From assembly GCA_944326255.1 (NCBI GenBank), contig CALVDG010000003.1, positions 55,167-119,166 on the forward strand: DNA of 64,000 bases, read 5' to 3'. Below are positions 29,718 through 39,663 of this stretch, one piece after another. The number at the start of each line of letters is the position of its first letter. Positions within the stretch are counted from its first letter, which is position 1. Both the position numbers and the translations under genes were made by a program. Origin of the DNA: an uncultured Bacteroidales bacterium (GTDB lineage Bacteria > Bacteroidota > Bacteroidia > Bacteroidales > UBA932). The notes beneath the pieces were generated by a model. It made no database searches, was not told the DNA's origin, and saw only the letters and a program-made list of their open reading frames with translations.

Positions 29718-31157
29718 TTATAAACCTATTCCATAGTAGTAGAGGTTGCCGTCCGGATAAAAGCCCTCAATCAGCAGAGACCTTCTGGATCTCTTGACCT
29801 CGGCAGCCACATCCTGAGGCGATGAGACCGGAGTATTATTAATATAGGTGATGATGAATCCCTCCTTAATACCCGCGTCACGTATCTTGCCTTTCTCTAC
29901 AGACGCAATCTTAACTCCTGCCTCAAGTCCAAGCTTCTCCAGCTCCTCCTTCGGTGCGGGAACCAGCTGCGCTCCGAAAAGATTGACATTGCCCTGACGG
30001 TTATAGGCATTCATCTCCTGAGTGTCCTTGCCTATAAGGGTCACGTCCATCTTCAGGGTCTTGTCTCCCCTCTTCACCTCCACCTGGATCCTGTCACCGG
30101 GACGGTGGGCGTTGATTATCTCCTGCACCGCCGTACCCTTCGACACCTCAGCTCCGTCGATAGACAGAAGGATGTCTCCCTTCTCTATCCCGGCGGCCTC
30201 GGCGGCACCGCCTTTCACTACCTCAGCTATATATACGCCTTCAGTCGTGGAAAGTTTCATTTTCTCCTTCAAAGTTTCATTATTATCCTGCATGGTGATA
30301 CCGAGCATGGCTCTCTGCACCGAGCCGTATTCCTTGAAGTCAGAGACGATCTTCTTTACGATATTGACCGGCACGGCGAATGAATATCCGGCATAAGAGC
30401 CTGTCTGTGAGATAATAGCAGTATTGATGCCCACCAGTTCGCCCTTGATGTTCACCAGTGCTCCGCCACTGTTGCCTGGATTGACGGCGGCATCGGTCTG
30501 GATAAATGACTCAATCTTGAACTCCCCGGAATAATTGGGCATCGAGCGTCCCTTCGCGCTCACGATACCGGCAGTGATAGTCGATGTAAGTCCGTAAGGG
30601 CTTCCTATGGCGAGCACCCACTCGCCGAGCCGGAGCTTGTCCGAGTCACCCATAGGTATTGTGGGCAGTCCCTTGGCGTCGATCTTGAGCAAGGCCACAT
30701 CGGTAGCCGGATCCGTACCTATTATCTCCGCGTCAAATGTCTTCTTGTCGCCTATAGTCACCTCTATCTCGGTGGCCCCGGAGACTACATGGTTGTTGGT
30801 CACGATAAAGCCGTCCTCGGATATGATCACACCAGAGCCGGTACCGACCTGCTCCCGGGGCATCGAGTCTCCGAATCCGAAGAAATACTCAAACAGCGAG
30901 GACGGTCCCTGAGGCTGCTCGCTCCTCTTGACCACCTTTACAAATACCACGGCGTTGACCGAAGACTCCGCCGCATATGTGAAATCCGGATATTCCCCGG
31001 ATATGCTTACGTTCCTGACGACAGCTCCCGCATTTCCGGGATCGTACACGTAAGTCTGCTGCCCGTTATCAGAGGCAGTCATTCTGACAGTAATGTAACC
31101 TGCAAGTCCGCCGGCTATTACGGCGGCAAGCACTATCAGCCAATTTTTCTTTCTCAT
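29718..31157 (-). CDS. htrA: Do/HtrA-family serine endopeptidase with two PDZ domains
   Basis: 479 aa with the catalytic triad contexts TNNHV, DVALLKI and GNSGGAL, followed by two PDZ segments. Confidence 0.9.
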   Translation of the reverse strand: MRKKNWLIVLAAVIAGGLAGYITVRMTASDNGQQTYVYDPGNAGAVVRNVSISGEYPDFTYAAESSVNAVVFVKVVKRSEQPQGPSSLFEYFFGFGDSMPREQVGTGSGVIISEDGFIVTNNHVVSGATEIEVTIGDKKTFDAEIIGTDPATDVALLKIDAKGLPTIPMGDSDKLRLGEWVLAIGSPYGLTSTITAGIVSAKGRSMPNYSGEFKIESFIQTDAAVNPGNSGGALVNIKGELVGINTAIISQTGSYAGYSFAVPVNIVKKIVSDFKEYGSVQRAMLGITMQDNNETLKEKMKLSTTEGVYIAEVVKGGAAEAAGIEKGDILLSIDGAEVSKGTAVQEIINAHRPGDRIQVEVKRGDKTLKMDVTLIGKDTQEMNAYNRQGNVNLFGAQLVPAPKEELEKLGLEAGVKIASVEKGKIRDAGIKEGFIITYINNTPVSSPQDVAAEVKRSRRSLLIEGFYPDGNLYYYGIGL

Positions 31158-31218
31158 ATTCTGTCAATTTTTTTGGGTTTTGAACAGGATTAACTCAAAT
31201 TATATGCCAAATTTTTTA

Positions 31219-31226
31219 TACATTTG
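31219..31226 (+). promoter_or_regulatory. -7 box TACATTTG for dnaN
   Basis: Exact TAnnTTTG match. The track's TTG start at 31224 lies inside it, and the first ATG is 31 nt downstream. Confidence 0.5.
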
Positions 31227-31256
31227 TGTCCTCAAAAGATCAAAATTATCACGCAA

Positions 31257-32384
31257 ATGAATTTTACGATATCGAGTACAGAACTTCTCCACGGCCTGCT
31301 TTCCGGACTGAGAGTGATTTCCAACAAGACCACTACCCCCATACTGGACAACTTCCTGTTTGTCCTCAGGGGAAGCTCCCTGGAAGTGACCGCATCGGAT
31401 TCAGAAACCACATTGAAGACAGTCATCCCCGTTGACGAAGTCAGGGAGGAAGGAGCCGCGGCTGTCCCCGCCAAGATTCTCACAGACTCCCTGAAGGAGT
31501 TCCCGGACATGCCGATAGAGTTCAAGACGCTCGAGGACAATACCACCCTGCAGATAAGCTGGGCGACAGGAGCGCAGAAGATACCTTTCTTCCCCGCCGA
31601 CTATTATCCCGAACTGCCGGCCATGGACGAGACCGCAGTCTCTGTGAGGATATCCGCCGAGTCCCTTTCGGCAGGACTGGGATACACACTCTACGCTACG
31701 GCAGACGAGGTGCTGAGACCCGTCATGAACGGCGTGCTTTTCGACCTGTCACCCGAGTCCACCTCTCTCGTGGCATCCGACTCCCACAAGCTCGTCTGCT
31801 ACACCAGGACTGACATAAAGTCCGAGAACAAGTCCGCATTCATCCTGCCCAAGAAACCGGCGGCCATACTCAGGGGACTTCTGGCCAAGTCCGACAGCGA
31901 CGTCACCGTGACGTTTGACGGAAAGAACGCGCATTTTGAGTTCGACGGCTACGTGATGATCGGACGGCTCGTGGACGGCACATACCCGGCATACAGGACG
32001 GTGATTCCCAAGAACAACCAGAACAAGATGATCATCGGAAGGACTACCCTGCTCAACGCCGCCAAGCGCGTCTCCGTATGCTCCAACCAGGCCACTTCCA
32101 GCATGAAGCTGTCACTGTCATTCAACAGCCTGACCATATCGGCACAGGATACAGGATTCTCCATCTCCGCCCATGAGACACTGCCCTGCCAGTATGACGG
32201 AGACCCCATGGACATAGGCTTCAAGTCCACGTTCCTCATCGAGATTCTCTCCAACCTGCCCTACGAGGAGATATGCTTTGAACTTGCCGACCCGGCCAGA
32301 GCCGCCCTGATAGTCGCAGCCGAGGACCACAATCCCGACGAGGACATCTGCTCGCTCCTGATGCCCATACGTATCCCCAACTAA
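31257..32384 (+). CDS. dnaN: DNA polymerase III beta sliding clamp
   Basis: About 375 aa starting MNFTISSTELLHGL, with three clamp domains. The C-terminus reads LLMPIRI. Confidence 0.9.
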   Translation: MNFTISSTELLHGLLSGLRVISNKTTTPILDNFLFVLRGSSLEVTASDSETTLKTVIPVDEVREEGAAAVPAKILTDSLKEFPDMPIEFKTLEDNTTLQISWATGAQKIPFFPADYYPELPAMDETAVSVRISAESLSAGLGYTLYATADEVLRPVMNGVLFDLSPESTSLVASDSHKLVCYTRTDIKSENKSAFILPKKPAAILRGLLAKSDSDVTVTFDGKNAHFEFDGYVMIGRLVDGTYPAYRTVIPKNNQNKMIIGRTTLLNAAKRVSVCSNQATSSMKLSLSFNSLTISAQDTGFSISAHETLPCQYDGDPMDIGFKSTFLIEILSNLPYEEICFELADPARAALIVAAEDHNPDEDICSLLMPIRIPN

Positions 32385-32393
32385 TTTCAGACA

Positions 32394-33164
32394 ATGAGAC
32401 TCAATCTTAAAAACCCGATTATATTCTTCGACATAGAGAGCACCGGCCTCAACGTCGCCACTGACCGTATTGTCGAGATTTCCATGGTAAAGGTTATGCC
32501 GGACGGTTCCACCGAGGTCAAGACCCGTAGGATCAACCCTACCATACACATTTCCGAAGAATCCACCAGAATACACGGCATACACGACGAGGACGTCAAG
32601 GACTGCCCCACATTCAACCAGATAGCGAAGTCCCTGGCAAAATGGATGGAAGGCTGCGACATCGCCGGATACAACTCCAACAAGTTCGACATCCCGGTAC
32701 TGTACGAGGAGTTCCTGAGAGCCGGAGTGGATTTTGATTTCCGCAAGAGAAAGCTGGTGGACGTGCAGAATATCTTCCACAAGATGGAGCAGAGGACCCT
32801 CTCGGCCGCATACAAGTTCTACTGCCACAAGGACCTCAACAACGCCCACTCCGCAGAGGCCGACACCATGGCCACATACGAGATACTCCAGGCCCAGCTG
32901 GACAAATATCAGGACACACTGCAGAACGACATCACCTTCCTGTCCGACTTCTCGTCCAAGACCAAGTTCGCCGACTATGCCGGACGCATCATCTACAACG
33001 ACCAGGACGTACCGGTGTTCAACTTCGGCAAGCACAAGGGGAAACCTGTGGAGGAAGTCCTGAAAAAGGAACCCAGCTACTACTCCTGGATGATGAACGG
33101 AGACTTTACTCTGGACACCAAGAAAGTACTTACCGAGATTAAGATCAAGTCCTCCTCACGGTGA
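32394..33164 (+). CDS. DEDDh 3'-5' exonuclease (DnaQ/epsilon-like domain protein)
   Basis: Exo I FFDIESTGL, Exo II GYNSNKFDIPVL and Exo III HSAEADT. Confidence 0.85.
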   Translation: MRLNLKNPIIFFDIESTGLNVATDRIVEISMVKVMPDGSTEVKTRRINPTIHISEESTRIHGIHDEDVKDCPTFNQIAKSLAKWMEGCDIAGYNSNKFDIPVLYEEFLRAGVDFDFRKRKLVDVQNIFHKMEQRTLSAAYKFYCHKDLNNAHSAEADTMATYEILQAQLDKYQDTLQNDITFLSDFSSKTKFADYAGRIIYNDQDVPVFNFGKHKGKPVEEVLKKEPSYYSWMMNGDFTLDTKKVLTEIKIKSSSR

Positions 33165-33733
33165 ACATATTAGTCTCTCCATATCGGAACGGCAGTTTCT
33201 ATTTCCGGTCAGACTCTACCATGATCAGAGCTCTGACCGACTTTTATATCCCGGATTACATAGACAGCATCTCGGCGGTACCCGTTCTATGCATCAGGTC
33301 AGAGAGATCCGGCAAGTCCGTTCCTGCCAGATTCGCCGACAGATATCTCGGACCGTTCACCTGCGGCCTGCTGATTAAAGCTGCGCTGAACAAGGATGCA
33401 GTATCGCCGGAGGACCTCATCTTCGTAGAGAACGCCCTGGACTACTCCACTGTCATACCGTATGACCTCCTGCCCGCTGACAGGCTGAGCGGATTCATCT
33501 CGGAACAGAGGCCCCTGACGATAAAGATTAACGGACATCCGGCTGTTTCCGTATCCAATACTCCCGGAAAGGATGAACTGAGCAGAAGGTTTGCGGAGAT
33601 AAGCCGTTACTGCTCCCTTAGGACGGGAGATTTCCTGGCTTTCGAACTGGCAGATGCCGTTCCTGTCCCAAAAGACAGCCGGCTCACCTGCACATTCGGT
33701 GTTGAAGGGAATATCAGCATCATCGTCCACTAG
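33161..33733 (+). CDS. Hypothetical protein (weak resemblance to the fumarylacetoacetase-fold C-terminal region)
   Basis: 190 aa. Its GTG start overlaps the exonuclease stop (GTGA). The composition is coding-like and I recognise no catalytic motif. Confidence 0.45.
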   Translation: MNILVSPYRNGSFYFRSDSTMIRALTDFYIPDYIDSISAVPVLCIRSERSGKSVPARFADRYLGPFTCGLLIKAALNKDAVSPEDLIFVENALDYSTVIPYDLLPADRLSGFISEQRPLTIKINGHPAVSVSNTPGKDELSRRFAEISRYCSLRTGDFLAFELADAVPVPKDSRLTCTFGVEGNISIIVH

Positions 33734-34952
33734 CCATCGCCGCATTGACTGCCGCTGCCGCCGTAGAAAATGCAATCTGAAGATTGTAGCCGCCGGTATC
33801 TCCGTCAAGGTCCATCACCTCGCCAGCGAAATAAAGTCCCGGAACCACCTTGGATTCCATGGTCTTTCGGGAGATTTCCTTAAGACTCACTCCACCGGAT
33901 GTGACTACCGCCCTGCTGTAATCCACATAGCTTTTAATGGAGAACCGCCAGTGCTTGAGCCGTACCGGGAGATTGCTGACCGTCAGGGATGAATCCGAGT
34001 CCATGAACGGCTTTACCGCCTGCAGGGGCAGCAACCGCTCAAGGTACCTGGACAATTTCATGTCCTTACGGTATTCCCTCTGGATACGGTCCCTCAGCTC
34101 TGTCTCCGGCACGGCCGGCTTCAGGTCTATCACCACCTCCACTTTGCGGCCGGCTTCCAGCGCATGTACTGCCTTGCGGCTCACCCGGAATCCCAGAGCA
34201 CCCTCCAGACCTCCCGTCGTAAATGTCAGTTCCCCGAACTCCTGCTGCACCTGCCCGCCGTCCACCTCCAGAGTCAGGGAGACGTTGCGCAGCGTCAGTC
34301 CGACAAGACTGAAATTGTAATTATATGGAATAAGCGCAGTGAGGGACGGCATCGTCTCCACTATGGTATGCCCCAACTTGGATGCGAACTTATATCCGTC
34401 ACCGGTAGAACCTGTTGAGGGATACGAAAGCCCGCCTGTGGCGACTATCACATTACGCGCATGGATGCAGTCAACCCGCATCCTGTCCTCCAGTCTCAAC
34501 ACGGCGACATCAAAGCCGACGGCTCCGCGGGATATGGAGATTACCTCCGACTTACAGCACAGTTCCACGTTCCCGGCCCTGCTTATGTATGACACCATGG
34601 CATTCCGCACGTCCACGCTGCGCCCCGAGAGCGGAAAGATCCTCATACCGCGCTCCTCCACTGTTGCCAGTCCGAGCCGGCCCAGCAAAGAGACCGTATC
34701 GGTATTGGAAAAGGCCATGAAAGACGGACGGAAGAACCCTGAATCGGGATGAATATGCTCCTTAAACTCGTCCCATCCGCGGCTGTTGGTTATATTGCAC
34801 CTGCCTTTGCCGGTTATCAGCATCTTCTTGCCACACTGATCGTTCTTCTCTATCACAGCTACCCGGCAGTCCTTTCCTACTGCCAGTACCGCAGCCATCA
34901 ATCCGGCCGCGCCTCCGCCTACTATCACTATATCATATTCACAGGAAGACAT
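33720..34952 (-). CDS. HI0933/BaiN-like NAD(P)/FAD-dependent oxidoreductase
   Basis: 410 aa with DIVIVGGGAAGLMAA, GKGRCNITN and the C-terminal GLYFAGEVMDLDGDTGGYNLQ typical of the family. Confidence 0.85.
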   Translation of the reverse strand: MSSCEYDIVIVGGGAAGLMAAVLAVGKDCRVAVIEKNDQCGKKMLITGKGRCNITNSRGWDEFKEHIHPDSGFFRPSFMAFSNTDTVSLLGRLGLATVEERGMRIFPLSGRSVDVRNAMVSYISRAGNVELCCKSEVISISRGAVGFDVAVLRLEDRMRVDCIHARNVIVATGGLSYPSTGSTGDGYKFASKLGHTIVETMPSLTALIPYNYNFSLVGLTLRNVSLTLEVDGGQVQQEFGELTFTTGGLEGALGFRVSRKAVHALEAGRKVEVVIDLKPAVPETELRDRIQREYRKDMKLSRYLERLLPLQAVKPFMDSDSSLTVSNLPVRLKHWRFSIKSYVDYSRAVVTSGGVSLKEISRKTMESKVVPGLYFAGEVMDLDGDTGGYNLQIAFSTAAAAVNAAMASGR

Positions 34953-35015
34953 ATCGCTACATGTTTATTTTACAAAATTAAGAAAGTGTTTCAATTTTTT
35001 CTAAAATTATTTTTC

Positions 35016-35023
35016 TATATTTG
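35016..35023 (+). promoter_or_regulatory. -7 box TATATTTG for tRNA-Thr
   Basis: Exact TAnnTTTG match 17 nt upstream of tRNA position 1. Confidence 0.5.
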
Positions 35024-35039
35024 CAGCCGCAAATAAAAA

Positions 35040-35112
35040 GCCTCTTTAGCTCAGCTGGTAGAGCAGCTCATTCGTAATGAGCAGGTCGTGGGTTCGAGTC
35101 CCATGAGAGGCT
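35040..35112 (+). tRNA. tRNA-Thr (anticodon CGU)
   Basis: I folded the cloverleaf by hand. Acceptor GCCUCUU/GAGAGGC, D-arm GCUC-AGCUGGUA-GAGC, anticodon arm GCUCA-UUCGUAA-UGAGC (anticodon CGU), variable loop AGGUC, T-arm GUGGG-UUCGAGU-CCCAU, discriminator U. No CCA is encoded. Confidence 0.9.
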
Positions 35113-35267
35113 CTTCTGATAAAGATGTATGATAGTTGGACACCTCTGTCCAGAAAATTGACAGCACACTATTACCTTAAAACACTTTAAATCACTGACT
35201 AGCAACTAGTTATGCATTATGGCATATTTTATGCCTCTCATACCGTCATAAACCAACATCAAGCAGC

Positions 35268-37601
35268 ATGAGATCTTTTCTACGGTTCATCTCCCGCAAC
35301 AGCCTCTACACGGTAATAGAGGTGGCTGGCATGGCCATTGCCCTGGCATTCATTATATTCATCGGGACATACGTAACTCAGGAGAGCAGTTACGACACGT
35401 TCGTCGGCGAGGATATCTACATCGGCTCGGATTCGGAGTTCTTCGGTCTCAGCGGGACGATCAAGGGGTCTGTCGAGGGGCGGTATCCGGACATAGAGGC
35501 CATCTGCCGGCTGATCGGCACCAAGTCCCTCAACGGACTGGACCTGAGCACTTCGATAGGCGACGAGACCCTGGTGCAGAATGCCCTGTGTGTGGATTCC
35601 AACTTCCTGTCGCTTATCCCCGTACCATTGGTCACCGGAGACAGAGGCAGTGCGCTTGAGGCCGCCGGATCGGTCATCATCTCCCGTTCCTTCGCCGACC
35701 AATGGTTCCCCGAGGGCAATGCCGTAGGCAACAGCGTGGACATCACAGCCGGCGGAGAAAAAGCCAGTCTGCTGGTCACCGGCATATTCGAGGATATGGA
35801 ACGGACGGTGCTGCCGGAGTGCGACATGATTTACCGTCTTGACTTCTTGGAAAGATACATTCCGGATCTGACCCGCAACGGCAACGGCACGACGGTAACC
35901 CTCTACAAGATACGCGAAGGAGCTGACCTCAGCACCATCAGCCGGGAGATTCTGGGAATACTGAAAGAGAGCGACGCTCTCTATATGTCCGGTATCTGCA
36001 CTGAATACCGCCTGGTACCTTTCAAGGAGGTACACTACGGAAGCGGGGCCAATTACCCCTTCCCCTTCGAGAACATCGTAAACCGGGACATGCTGCGGCT
36101 CTTCACTGCCGCCGGAGTGCTGCTGCTGGTATTTGCCCTGCTCAACTACATCTCGCTGACCACAGCCCAGGTGGGATTCAGAGTCAGGGAGATGGCGACC
36201 CGCAGGCTGATAGGCTCCTCCCGCGCAGGCATCATCCTCCGCTACATCGGAGAGTCCTTGGCCGTGACTGCCGTGGCCTTCATACTCGGATTTATCCTGG
36301 CCGAGGCCACCTCTCCCCTTTTCAGCACCCTCATCGGCAAGACATACAGCCCGCTCGCGTCCCTGACCTGGGGCACGGCCGCGCTGTGGGCCGGAGTCAT
36401 CGTGCTGCTGTCAGTCATCGCCGGCATCATCCCTGCCATGATGGTGTCGCGCTACAGGCCGATAGACATCGTCCGGGGCGAGTTCTCGAGGGCAAGCAAG
36501 ATGATACTCGGAAGGATTTTCCTGGTAGTCCAGAACGTCGCCGCCATAGGAGCCGTAGCCATCTCCATTGCCATGTTCCTGCAGCTGCGCCACATGGTGG
36601 AGAAGCCCATGGGCTATACCAGAGACTCCCTTGTAGATGTGACTGTCTCCAATACTCAGAATCCAGACGACTTCCTCAAGGACCGGCTGAAATCCCTGCC
36701 GTGCGTGGCGGAAGTGGGATGGACACAGGGCTGCCCGGCGGGCGGACGCAGAAGCTCGTGGGGTATGGAACTCGACGGCAACCGCTACAGCGTAGTCATG
36801 TTTGACGGAGACACCACCGCGCTGCGCCTGCTGGGTGTGAGAGTCCTCAGTCAGAACGCAGAGCCTCTGCCCGGCACATTTTACTTTACCCGCAGGACTG
36901 CAGCCGCTTTAGGACTGGACATGAATGCGACTCTATTCGAATATGACTACGGTGCCATCAACGTCTGTGGCATCATCGACGACCTGTGGATGGGCAACGC
37001 CAACTCCACCGACAACGACCTGCTGGTATGGGCCGTACAGCCTTCGGAGCCTCAGATGCTCGGAAATATGACCTCACTGGTTGTAAAGGCCAACGGAGAC
37101 CCGGATGATGCTGTCCGCACGATACAGGAATTCTACGCCCGCGAGAAACCGGACCTGAACGTCACCGTAGAGACCTACGAGAACATCTACCGCCGCACTT
37201 ACACCGCCGAGGACCGCAGCCTCAGGATCACCGGCCTTTTCGCCCTGCTCACCATCGTCCTGACAGTCATGGCCATGGTCGCCATGAGCACCTACTACGC
37301 CCGACAGAGAGCCAAGAGCGCCGCCGTCCGCAAGATCATGGGATGCCCCCGCTCCGAGATATACACCCATACGCTCGCCAGCTTCTTGTCCGCATCGCTG
37401 ATTGCCGCGGTGATAGCCATTCCCCTGATTTACACCTACACAGGACGGTGGCTGCAGACCTATTCCTACCACATAGGCAACTATTGGTGGATTTACCTGC
37501 TGGCACTGCTCATCGTGGCTGCAATCGCCGCTCTCGCCATCACCTACAGGGCCGTGCAGCTGATGAATACCAATCCTGCCATGGCCCTCCGCAAAGACTG
37601 A
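35268..37601 (+). CDS. FtsX/MacB-like ABC transporter permease (double FtsX domain); no cognate ATPase adjacent
   Basis: 777 aa with an N-terminal TM helix, a large periplasmic MacB-like domain, and two 4-TM FtsX modules. This architecture is common in Bacteroidetes. Confidence 0.85.
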   Translation: MRSFLRFISRNSLYTVIEVAGMAIALAFIIFIGTYVTQESSYDTFVGEDIYIGSDSEFFGLSGTIKGSVEGRYPDIEAICRLIGTKSLNGLDLSTSIGDETLVQNALCVDSNFLSLIPVPLVTGDRGSALEAAGSVIISRSFADQWFPEGNAVGNSVDITAGGEKASLLVTGIFEDMERTVLPECDMIYRLDFLERYIPDLTRNGNGTTVTLYKIREGADLSTISREILGILKESDALYMSGICTEYRLVPFKEVHYGSGANYPFPFENIVNRDMLRLFTAAGVLLLVFALLNYISLTTAQVGFRVREMATRRLIGSSRAGIILRYIGESLAVTAVAFILGFILAEATSPLFSTLIGKTYSPLASLTWGTAALWAGVIVLLSVIAGIIPAMMVSRYRPIDIVRGEFSRASKMILGRIFLVVQNVAAIGAVAISIAMFLQLRHMVEKPMGYTRDSLVDVTVSNTQNPDDFLKDRLKSLPCVAEVGWTQGCPAGGRRSSWGMELDGNRYSVVMFDGDTTALRLLGVRVLSQNAEPLPGTFYFTRRTAAALGLDMNATLFEYDYGAINVCGIIDDLWMGNANSTDNDLLVWAVQPSEPQMLGNMTSLVVKANGDPDDAVRTIQEFYAREKPDLNVTVETYENIYRRTYTAEDRSLRITGLFALLTIVLTVMAMVAMSTYYARQRAKSAAVRKIMGCPRSEIYTHTLASFLSASLIAAVIAIPLIYTYTGRWLQTYSYHIGNYWWIYLLALLIVAAIAALAITYRAVQLMNTNPAMALRKD

Positions 37602-37688
37602 TTTGTGCCAGAAAAGGCAAAATGCTGCGTTGTCATCGGTGTTCACCATGAACCTTGACGCCTTGCATTTTGCCATTTCTGACACAAA
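37602..37688. repeat. 87-bp near-perfect palindromic element directly after the permease stop codon
   Basis: The arms are TTTGTGCCAGAAAAGGCAAAATGC (37602-37625) and GCATTTTGCCATTTCTGACACAAA (37665-37688), matching 22/24 as reverse complements. Pairing continues into the 39-nt spacer (GCGT..TCA / TGACGC). No adjacent T-run. Confidence 0.6.
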
Positions 37689-37746
37689 TAGAGTTCGGCA
37701 CGATTTTTTCAATGTCATACGGCATTAGTAATTAAACAGTTTTTAA

Positions 37747-38421
37747 ATGGGTTTAGAAATTCTACTTATCCTCGTCATCGCCGTTGTCGGCATGATAGTA
37801 CAGAGCAGACTACAGAAAGTATTCGCAAAATATTCAAAAGTGATGTTCCACGGCGGCCTTACCGGCCGGGAAGTGGCGGAGAAGATGCTGCGCGACCACG
37901 GCATCCGTGATGTTCAGGTCACCAATGTACGCGGTCATCTCACCGACCACTACAATCCCGCAAACAAGACCCTGAACCTCTCCGACTCAGTATACAACAG
38001 CAACAGCGTGGCGGCAGCGGCAGTAGCGGCCCACGAGTGCGGACACGCCGTACAGCATGCGGAGGGTTACGCCTTCCTGAAAATGCGCTCGGCTCTTGTA
38101 CCCATCGTGCAGTTCTCCTCGATGTTCGCCCAGATAGTGATTATCCTGGGACTGATTATGATGAATGTCTTTCCTTCCCTGTACTGGATAGGCATTGCGA
38201 TGTTCTTCATGATCTTCCTCTTCAGTGCCATCACCCTGCCGGTGGAGTACAATGCCTCGTCCCGCGCCCTCGCCTGGCTGGAAAGGTCCAATACACTTTC
38301 TCAAGTTGAGCTGGAGCAGGCAAAGACTACCCTCAGTTGGGCAGCCCGCACATATCTCGTCGCCGCCCTCAGTGCCCTGGCCTCTCTCATCTACTATCTG
38401 GGATTCCGCAGCAACGACTAG
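37747..38421 (+). CDS. Membrane zinc metallopeptidase (YugP/Zn_peptidase_2 family)
   Basis: 224 aa with HECGHAVQH and flanking TM helices. Confidence 0.85.
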   Translation: MGLEILLILVIAVVGMIVQSRLQKVFAKYSKVMFHGGLTGREVAEKMLRDHGIRDVQVTNVRGHLTDHYNPANKTLNLSDSVYNSNSVAAAAVAAHECGHAVQHAEGYAFLKMRSALVPIVQFSSMFAQIVIILGLIMMNVFPSLYWIGIAMFFMIFLFSAITLPVEYNASSRALAWLERSNTLSQVELEQAKTTLSWAARTYLVAALSALASLIYYLGFRSND

Positions 38422-38442
38422 ATTTTGCCAAAAGCGAAAATT

Positions 38443-39660
38443 TCACCTATTCCGTAAGACTTGATATAAGGCAGCCTTTTTGTCAAGGGACATGGGATAT
38501 GCCCGGGAGGACGAGGGCATTCGATGGAATGTGACAGTACGCTGTGAGGGCTGCAGGGTAAACTGCACGGAGCCGCCGACAGCGGGCACAGGCACGTCGA
38601 GGACGGAGGCTATCTGCTCGGCCGACTTGCCGCCTGTGGATACTACGGCACTGCAGGAGGGCATGGAAGAAAGCAGAGACTGAATATCCGTGGGTTCAAT
38701 GATTTTCAGAAAGTTGTCGGAGGCATTGCCGCGCAGACGCTTGACCATATAGGCGGCATCGTACAGGGCGATACCCTCCCGGCGGCAGAAATCCACCACC
38801 CTTGCATAGTCGAAACGCTTCTGACCCGGTACCACAAAATGCTCCTTGTCTCCATAGAAGAGCAGGCCCATGATACGCCACATGTCGTTCTGAAAATTCG
38901 GGTAGAAGAACTCCATCGACCATCTTGCGTGAGGCGGAGGAAACGAGCCAAGCAGCAGGACGCGGGCATTGTCCGGAACGAAAGGCCGCAGGGGATGTGT
39001 CTCGAACAGCTGGAACTCCCGGCGCATCAGTTCCTCATCCCGCAGTTTCTCCCGTAGGTCAGCCAGTCTCACCGCATTGGGCGAATCGGAAAACTGCAGG
39101 CGCATATAGCCCCCGTCCCCGTATTTGTCCAACAGATGGCCGTAGCTCTTGCGGAATATCTCCTCATCGGTCATCTCCGGATAGTTGGCCCTGGCGTAAA
39201 GTATGGCACGGGAGAATACCGTATCAAAGTCTATCACCTTGTCGGCTTCGGAGACTATCCGGCCATAGATGGAGCGCGGCCAGCTTTTGTTGGACGAGCG
39301 GTGATCCTCCACCGCCTCCCTCATCACGTGAATCTGCTCCGGAGAAAACCACCGGCACAAAGCCGTATCGGCCTCCAGCATACGGCCGGAAACCAGATGA
39401 TGAGATTCTCTGCCCTCACATATTCCGATATCATGGTAAGCCGCTATCGCATACGCCATGTCGGGATTAAGCTCATACCGGCGGCCTCCGTCCATCTGTC
39501 CGGCAGAAAGCTTGCGGAATATCTCCATACTCTGGTCTATGACCGACTGTATATGCCTGCGCGAATGGGCCTTGTCGTAACTGTCATACCGGGGCAGGAT
39601 GTTTTCTGTCACGTACTGCTGCAAAGACCGGGAGACTTCGGGTATAAAGGACTTATACAT
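38443..39660 (-). CDS. Fusion protein: N-terminal HD-domain phosphohydrolase plus C-terminal uracil-DNA-glycosylase-superfamily domain (family-6/hypoxanthine-DNA-glycosylase-like)
   Basis: The N-terminal half has H...HD (SRRHIQSV...AAYHDIG). The C-terminal half has the UDG motif-A-like LLLGSFPPPHARWSMEFFYPNFQNDMW and the motif-B-like FHRMPSSSRAYP. Confidence 0.7.
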   Translation of the reverse strand: MYKSFIPEVSRSLQQYVTENILPRYDSYDKAHSRRHIQSVIDQSMEIFRKLSAGQMDGGRRYELNPDMAYAIAAYHDIGICEGRESHHLVSGRMLEADTALCRWFSPEQIHVMREAVEDHRSSNKSWPRSIYGRIVSEADKVIDFDTVFSRAILYARANYPEMTDEEIFRKSYGHLLDKYGDGGYMRLQFSDSPNAVRLADLREKLRDEELMRREFQLFETHPLRPFVPDNARVLLLGSFPPPHARWSMEFFYPNFQNDMWRIMGLLFYGDKEHFVVPGQKRFDYARVVDFCRREGIALYDAAYMVKRLRGNASDNFLKIIEPTDIQSLLSSMPSCSAVVSTGGKSAEQIASVLDVPVPAVGGSVQFTLQPSQRTVTFHRMPSSSRAYPMSLDKKAALYQVLRNR

Positions 39661-39663
39661 AGC

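Noticed and set aside
35113-35267. Small hairpins and the palindrome ACTAGcaaCTAGT between tRNA-Thr and the permease gene, considered as a possible sRNA or operator.
   Set aside because: The stems are only 5-6 bp, with no flanking promoter or terminator signals. I cannot distinguish them from chance.
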